Under the pieces are notes generated by a model. That model ran no database searches, was not told where the DNA came from, and worked only from the letters and a program-made list of their open reading frames with translations. Positions 58,238 to 64,000 of a DNA stretch of 64,000 bases are shown here, piece by piece. A program made the translations under genes and the position numbers. Origin of the DNA: an uncultured Chloroflexia bacterium. GTDB taxonomy: Bacteria; Chloroflexota; Limnocylindria; Limnocylindrales; CSP1-4. Every line of letters begins with the position of its first letter. Position 1 is the first letter of the stretch. The stretch lies in NCBI GenBank assembly GCA_963720715.1, contig CAVRGM010000002.1, positions 220,446 to 284,445 of the forward strand, written 5' to 3'.

Positions 58238-59121
58238 CAGATGACCTTGGCGAAGTTGGGTTCGAGGCGCTTGAACGTGACCGTCGTGATCGCCAGCAGG
58301 ACGACGCTGACGGCGAGGAGGACCGCCAGGGAGGCGAAGTCCGGCGGCGTGGGCTTCCCGTCTGGCGTGCCGTAGATGACCGATCGGTAGGCGGTGAACA
58401 GGATCGCGAATGGGTTCGCCTTGGCGAGCACGCCCAGGGCCGGGTTTTCCTGGAAGACATTCAACTCGTCGAGGGCGGCCAGGCTGTACAGGCCGGGTGA
58501 CAGGAACCACCACAGACGCAGCGCATGTGTTTCGACATTGCCCAGGTCGCGGAAGAAGACATTCCCGGCCGCCACCAGGTAGGCGCAGGCCAGGGTGAAC
58601 ACGAACTGGACGGCCGCGATGACCGGGATCAGGACCAGATAGATGGAGACCCGGTCCGAGAAGAAGATCATGAGCAGGCCGAGGGCGACCGTCCCGAACA
58701 CGAAGCTGACCACCCCGGAGAAGACCGCCGCGGTCGGCAGGACGATCTTGGGGAATTGGATCTGTTTGATCAGCTGGTCGTGGCTGACGATCGACGCCGT
58801 CGCGCCACCGATCGTCGAGGTGAACCATTTCCAGGGCAGGATCGCCGAGAAGACGAACAGCGGGTAGTCGACGGTCTTGCGTGGCGCCACGATGGTCACG
58901 AAAACGACGTAGACGGCCATCTGGAGAAGCGGGTCCAGGACCCACCACACGTTGCCAAGGAAGGTGTCCGCGCCGCGCTTGCGAACGTCCGCCTGGACAA
59001 GGTAGCGGACCAGGCGCTGCCTGGAACGCAGGTCCCAGATCGCCTCTCGGATAAGCCGGATCGGCCCCCGGCTGCCGGCGGCATGGCGAAAAGCAGCCGG
59101 GACCTCACTCGTGGCGGACAT
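58237..59121 (-). CDS. ABC-2 permease (Wzm/TagG)
   Basis: LGNVWWVLDPL, FPKIVLP, FFRD and NP motif. Confidence 0.92.
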   Translation of the reverse strand: MSATSEVPAAFRHAAGSRGPIRLIREAIWDLRSRQRLVRYLVQADVRKRGADTFLGNVWWVLDPLLQMAVYVVFVTIVAPRKTVDYPLFVFSAILPWKWFTSTIGGATASIVSHDQLIKQIQFPKIVLPTAAVFSGVVSFVFGTVALGLLMIFFSDRVSIYLVLIPVIAAVQFVFTLACAYLVAAGNVFFRDLGNVETHALRLWWFLSPGLYSLAALDELNVFQENPALGVLAKANPFAILFTAYRSVIYGTPDGKPTPPDFASLAVLLAVSVVLLAITTVTFKRLEPNFAKVI

Positions 59122-60284
59122 CGCGCGGAAGCGTACCATCCTGCCCATCAGAGCCTGTGCGGCCGTCAACGAAGTGATCGACGAAGCGGTCGCTGGCACC
59201 GCCCCGCTGCGGCCCGAGTTGGCGTCGCACGAACGCGTCGTAGCCGTCCGTCTCGAAGCGATCATCGAGGATCGTGGCCAGGACCCCGTCCGTGTCGCCC
59301 ACCTGGGTGCCGATCATCTCGGTCCGATAGTCGAGATACAGACCTGGATCCTTCTCGTACGAGTCCAGGTCCGGCACGAGCAGGATGATCGGGCGAGCTG
59401 AGGGCGGCGAATTCGATGACCGATGACGAGTAGTCGGTGACGAGGAAGTCGGCGAGCGCGAGAAGATCGTTGATGTCGCCGGCGGGATCGGCCACGACGT
59501 CGAACCCTTCGATCGGCGTCGTTGCCGGATCGAGGTTCGGGTGCGTCTTGAGGACCAGGCTGTAGTCCATCGGAAGCCCGGCCCGGAGTCTCCGCGCATC
59601 GAGGAACGGCGCTGGACGCTTGTCGACCCCGCGGCCCCGGAAGGTCGGCGCGTACAGGACCACCCGACGCCCGGCCAGGCCCGGATGCGCCGCCAGTGCC
59701 CGCTCCCGCGCGGCGGCCAACTCGACATCGTCGAAGAACAGGTCGGTCCGTGGGACGCCCAACGCCACGACCCGATCGATGGGCGTTCGCAACGCCGCCG
59801 CGTACGGCGCGCGGCTCCACTCCCCGCCGACGACGACGGCGTCGTAATTGCGGTGCAGGAAGGTCCGCTCTGGCTCGGCCGGTGGCGGATCGGTGTCAAG
59901 CCCGAACCGCTTGAGGGCGCCGGCAGCGTGCCAGACCTGGACGACCGTCGTGGTCTGTCGATGTGGCGCCACGTGGACTGGCAGATACGCGTTGTCGAGG
60001 ATGAACAGGCCGGCGGTCTGCAGGTGATACATGCCGCGCACGACACGGGCCAGATAGGACAGCTTGGCAGTCAGGCCGTAGCCGTAGGGTTCCAGGAGCA
60101 GGACGATGTCACGGTCCGGATGACGGGCCAGCAGGGCGCGATGGATGAACAGCAGGTTCCCATCCAGGGTGCGCACGCGGGCCGTTGCCAGGACGACGCG
60201 ATCAGGATGGACCGGGAGGCGAATAGCGATGAGCCGGACAAGCCGCAGCAGCGCACTCGCGAGTCGATATTCGAACTGGCGCAT
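59105..60284 (-). CDS. CDP-glycerol/ribitol phosphotransferase (TagB/TagF family) with a frameshift near 59399
   Basis: QVWHAAGALKRFG, GVPRTD, YAPTFR, KTHP and TDYSS; the protein continues as RPIILLVPDLDSY in another frame. Confidence 0.85.
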
Positions 60285-60292
60285 CCGCCCGG

Positions 60293-60997
60293 CTAGGCCC
60301 GCGTCCGGACGATGATGTTCTGGCCGTCCATCGTGACTTCGTCATCGCTCATCAGCTGGGCGATGACGTCGGCCACCTGGCTCGGCTGCATGATCGACGC
60401 CGGGTCCTCCTCCGGGGCGAGCTTCCGTCGCAGCTCGGTCGCGGTCCGACCCGGCGAGATGCTGTAGACCTTGATCCCGCTGCCCGCCAGTTCGTCGGCC
60501 AGGGTCGCCGAGAGGGAGACGACCGCCGCCTTGGACGACGCGTAGGCCAGCCAGCCGGGCCGCGACGTGATCCCGGCGGTCGATGCGACGTTGAGGATCT
60601 TGGCCGGTCGGTCGTACATGTGCCGGACGGCTTCCCGGATGAGCAGGAGCATCGCAAAGACGTTGATCGTGTAGGTCTTCTGGATGTTGTCGGCGTCGGT
60701 GTCGAGGAGTGACTTCGGATCGGCATAGCCGGCGATGTTGAGCAGGACGTCGATCCGGCCGTACCGGTCGTGGATGCGGCGCACGAGCGCGGGGATCCCG
60801 TCGAGGTCCATGAGGTCATAGGGGATCAGCTCCACGACCTTGTCGTGGGCGCCCATCTCGGCCAGCGTCCCTTCGAGTCCGGCCGCGTTGCGAGCCACGA
60901 GAACGAGGGTATCGATGTCGGGCTCCCGACTCATCCGGACGGCCGCCGCACGACCGATGCCCTGGCTCGCGCCGGTGATGACGCAGACCTTGCCCAT
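60293..60997 (-). CDS. SDR oxidoreductase, probably a polyol-phosphate dehydrogenase
   Basis: TGASQGIG and YASSK; adjacent to the cytidylyltransferase. Confidence 0.8.
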   Translation of the reverse strand: MGKVCVITGASQGIGRAAAVRMSREPDIDTLVLVARNAAGLEGTLAEMGAHDKVVELIPYDLMDLDGIPALVRRIHDRYGRIDVLLNIAGYADPKSLLDTDADNIQKTYTINVFAMLLLIREAVRHMYDRPAKILNVASTAGITSRPGWLAYASSKAAVVSLSATLADELAGSGIKVYSISPGRTATELRRKLAPEEDPASIMQPSQVADVIAQLMSDDEVTMDGQNIIVRTRA

Positions 60998-60998
60998 G

Positions 60999-61685
60999 TC
61001 AGCCGACGCGTCCGATGGAGTCCGCGTAGATGGCCTCTGCCGTCACGATATCGCTCGGGACCGTGATCTTGATGTTCCGCTCCGACCCGGGCAGGATCCG
61101 GACCGGCTTCCCGGCGTACTGGTGGAACAGGCTGGCGTCCTCGGTGAAGGACGTGCCATCTGCGCGAGCCGCCTCATGGGCCGCCGTCAGCAACGCCCGG
61201 TCGAACTTCTGCGGAAGCTGGACATTTACGAGCTCGTCGCGTTCGAGCAGATCCTCGACGTACTCGCGACCCTTGAGGACGGTGAACGGGATCGGGATGC
61301 CGAACATCGCGTTCGGATCCTCGGCCGCGATGAGCGTCCGGAACTCATCGACCGTGACCAACGGACGCACGGCTTCATGGATGATCACCGAGTCGCACGC
61401 GGCCAGCACCTGGAGCCCGAGGTACGCGGACTCCTGCCGCGACGAACCGCCGACGATGCAGGTGAACCGGTCATCGAAGCCGTGGTTGTCGATGAGTTCG
61501 CGGGTCTCCGCGAGATGAGCCTCCGGGCAGGTGATGACGACCTGGTCGATGTCCTGGATGACTCGCGCCTTCTCCAGGACATGGATGATGAGCGGCTTGC
61601 CGCCGAGCAGGAGGAACTGCTTCGGGAAGGGGCGGCCGATCCGTTTCCCGATCCCACCCGCGAGGACGATCATCCCGATCTTCAT
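60999..61685 (-). CDS. IspD/TarI-family cytidylyltransferase
   Basis: LAGGIGKR, PKQF, GGSSRQES, HEAVRP and NIKIT. Confidence 0.9.
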   Translation of the reverse strand: MKIGMIVLAGGIGKRIGRPFPKQFLLLGGKPLIIHVLEKARVIQDIDQVVITCPEAHLAETRELIDNHGFDDRFTCIVGGSSRQESAYLGLQVLAACDSVIIHEAVRPLVTVDEFRTLIAAEDPNAMFGIPIPFTVLKGREYVEDLLERDELVNVQLPQKFDRALLTAAHEAARADGTSFTEDASLFHQYAGKPVRILPGSERNIKITVPSDIVTAEAIYADSIGRVG

Positions 61686-61798
61686 ACGGACCTCCGGTGC
61701 GACCAGGGCCGCCGCCGACAAGCAGGGGGCGACTCGGGCTGTCGGTCAGAGCGTACGCGAAATGCCCCCTCGGTCGCAGCCCGGCTATCATCCGCCCG

Positions 61799-63367
61799 AT
61801 GCCTAGGACCACTCCGGCGCTCGTGATCGAACTCGAAGGGATCCACTGGGAACGAGTCCAGATGGTCATCGAGGGCCGCATCACCGGTGAAGCGGAGCCG
61901 GACCCAGACGACATCGCGATGGTCCACGGATCGGACGGGATCCGGATGGCTGCGACACGGGCCACCATCGCCGACGGCCGCCTGAAGGCCCGGTTCAACG
62001 TCATGACCGGCCCGGGTCTCCAGCCCATGGCGACCGGATCGTGGAGTCTCGACGGACGCATCCTCGCCGCGACGTCCCTCGACCTCCAAGCGAGCATCGG
62101 CATCTTCCCGCTCGGCCGCCGGACCTACACCGTGACACCCCATCTGGATGCCGCGACCGAGCGCCTGTCGATCGACATCGCGCTCGACGAAGACGAGCCG
62201 ATCATCCAGCCACGCTCGCGTCTCATCCGGACGCACCGGATCCGGCGTCGCGCGTTCTCGATCGTCGCTGCCGTCGCCCGCCGGTGGCGTCCGGGCGGGC
62301 GACGGCGGGTCCTGTTCGCGTCGAGACTGATCTCCGAGATGTCCGGCAACCTCCAGGTCGTCCACGATCGGATGCTCGAGCGCGGCCTCGATCGAGAGCT
62401 GGACATCGTGACCCTGCTCAAGCCGGGCTTGACCGCCCGCTGGTCGTTCCGTGACCGCTTCCGGCTGGCTCGCGCCCTCGTCAGTTCGGACGTGATCCTG
62501 GTCGACGACGTCTTTCCCGCGTTGAACTGGGCACAGCCCGGCCCGAATGTCCGGATCGTCCAGCTGTGGCACGCATCTGGGGCGTTCAAGACCGTGGGCT
62601 ACAGCCGCGCCGGGAAGCCTGGTGGGCCGGGTCCGTTCGGAACGCTCCACCGCAACTATTCGAAGGCGATCGTGAGTTCGGACCACGACGTCCCGTTCTA
62701 CGCCGAAGCGTTCGGCATCCCCGAGGCGAACGTCATCCCCACCGGCATCCCGCGGATGGACCGCTACTTCGATGCCGGCCAGCGGGAGGTCGCCGTGGCC
62801 GCCGCCAGGGCGGCCTTTCCCGAGATCGTCGGACGGCGGCTCTTCCTGTTCGCGCCGACGTACCGGGGCGAATCCTTCCGCGATGCGTACTACGACTTCG
62901 AGCTGATCGACTACGCCGCCCTGCATGCCGTGTGTGTCGAGCGCGACGCGGTCGTGGTCATCAAGATGCACCCGTTCGTGCAGGAACGGCCGGCGATCCC
63001 CGAGGCGTTCCGCGACCGCATCCTTGATGGGTCAAGCACGAACATCGATGTCAACGACCTCCTGTTCGCGGTCGATCTCCTCATCACCGACTACTCGTCC
63101 ATCGTCTTCGAATACTCGGTCTTCGACCGACCGATGCTCTTCTACGCGTACGACCTCGAGGAATATGTCGCGACCCGTGATTTCTACGTGCCGTTCGAGG
63201 ACTTCGTGCCCGGCCGGATCGTCTCGACCTTCGACGCGATGCTTGACGCCATCCGTCGCGAGGACTACCAGGCCGACAAGGTCGGCCCGTTCGCGAGTCG
63301 GCATTTCGCCCATCTCGACGGCGGATCCACCGACCGGGTCATCGACGAGCTGATCCTGGCCCCGTGA
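61799..63367 (+). CDS. TagF/TarL-like polyol-phosphate polymerase
   Basis: QLWHASGAFKTVG, TGIPRMD, FAPTYRG, KMHPF and ITDYSS. Confidence 0.92.
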   Translation: MPRTTPALVIELEGIHWERVQMVIEGRITGEAEPDPDDIAMVHGSDGIRMAATRATIADGRLKARFNVMTGPGLQPMATGSWSLDGRILAATSLDLQASIGIFPLGRRTYTVTPHLDAATERLSIDIALDEDEPIIQPRSRLIRTHRIRRRAFSIVAAVARRWRPGGRRRVLFASRLISEMSGNLQVVHDRMLERGLDRELDIVTLLKPGLTARWSFRDRFRLARALVSSDVILVDDVFPALNWAQPGPNVRIVQLWHASGAFKTVGYSRAGKPGGPGPFGTLHRNYSKAIVSSDHDVPFYAEAFGIPEANVIPTGIPRMDRYFDAGQREVAVAAARAAFPEIVGRRLFLFAPTYRGESFRDAYYDFELIDYAALHAVCVERDAVVVIKMHPFVQERPAIPEAFRDRILDGSSTNIDVNDLLFAVDLLITDYSSIVFEYSVFDRPMLFYAYDLEEYVATRDFYVPFEDFVPGRIVSTFDAMLDAIRREDYQADKVGPFASRHFAHLDGGSTDRVIDELILAP

Positions 63368-64000
63368 ACGGGCTTGTCCTGACACTCCGGATCGGCCTCG
63401 TCCGGGCCGGCTTTGCGTTCGGTCGGCGGCTCGCGCTCAGACGGCGGGTCGTCCTGGCGACCGCCCATTCGGCCCGCCTCGCGGGAAACCTCGCCTCTCT
63501 CCAGGACGAGCTCGGCGGGCGGACCCCGGCGATCCGGGTGATCGTCCTCGCCCGGCGACCGGCTCGCGGGATCCGCGGTCGGCTGGCGGCGATGGCCCAG
63601 GCCCTGTCGGCGGGCTACTACCTGGCCACCTCGCGAGTGTTCATCGTGGATGACTACTTCTTCCCGATCTACGTCGTCCGGCCCCGTGATGGGACGACCA
63701 TCATCCAGACCTGGCACGCCTGCGGGGCGTTCAAGAAGATCGGCTACAGCCTGCTCGACCGCTCATTCGGAGCTGACGAGGCGCTTGTCGAGCGCGTCCC
63801 GATCCATTCCAACTACGACGTCTGCCTGGTCGCGTCAGCGGGGGCGGCTCCGGCCTATGCGGAGGCGTTCCGCCAGCCGCTTGAGCGCTTCCGGTCGGAC
63901 CTGGGTATCCCGCGCACCGACGTCTTCTTCGGGGACGATCGCCTCACCGCGATCCGTGCCGCGGTCCGGTCAAAGTACGGGTTGGACGGCCGCCGACGAG
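63364..64000 (+). CDS. TagB/TagF-family protein; runs off the window edge
   Basis: Manual translation from GTG 63364 gives VDDYFFP, QTWHACGAFKKIG and LGIPRTD. Confidence 0.88.
   Translation, partial: MNGLVLTLRIGLVRAGFAFGRRLALRRRVVLATAHSARLAGNLASLQDELGGRTPAIRVIVLARRPARGIRGRLAAMAQALSAGYYLATSRVFIVDDYFFPIYVVRPRDGTTIIQTWHACGAFKKIGYSLLDRSFGADEALVERVPIHSNYDVCLVASAGAAPAYAEAFRQPLERFRSDLGIPRTDVFFGDDRLTAIRAAVRSKYGLDGRRR

Noticed and set aside
1-64000. CRISPR arrays, tRNA/rRNA genes, IS elements and defence systems
   Set aside because: No regularly spaced repeats, cloverleaf signatures, transposase motifs or defence motifs were recognised. This was by eye only, so short RNAs could have been missed.

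Overview
This is a high-GC, densely coding chromosomal segment. Its gene content suggests a monoderm bacterium, possibly Chloroflexota, but that assignment is inference. No rRNA, tRNA, CRISPR array or transposase was recognised. From left to right the window holds: (1) a GAF-PP2C-HATPase partner-switching gene downstream of a translationally chained array of three paralogous orphan membrane-sensor genes plus eroded remnants, divergent from a BTAD/AAA/TPR regulator; (2) lipoprotein, SnoaL-like, cysteine-desulfurase-like, MoxR-DUF58-vWA and TldD/PmbA genes; (3) a DUF4331-TPR-NicO operon with a SigK-like promoter, opposite tmk, an ECF sigma/RskA pair, a GGDEF gene and darA; (4) NUDIX, guaB-family, TAP-like hydrolase, F420 nitroreductase, SRPBCC, truncated globin and guaA; (5) UPF0182, zinc-ribbon proteins, CPBP, radC and mreBC running straight into rmlABDC; (6) two secreted FlgD-Ig repeat proteins (one with a clan-CD-like His/Cys motif pair, one GH18), glycosyltransferases, DUF3048, a beta-solenoid membrane protein and a teichoic-acid-like wzm/wzt/TagF/TarI/SDR cluster. 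Many genes appear leaderless. Three single-base frameshifts may be assembly errors. All family assignments come from motif recognition by eye, not from database searches.
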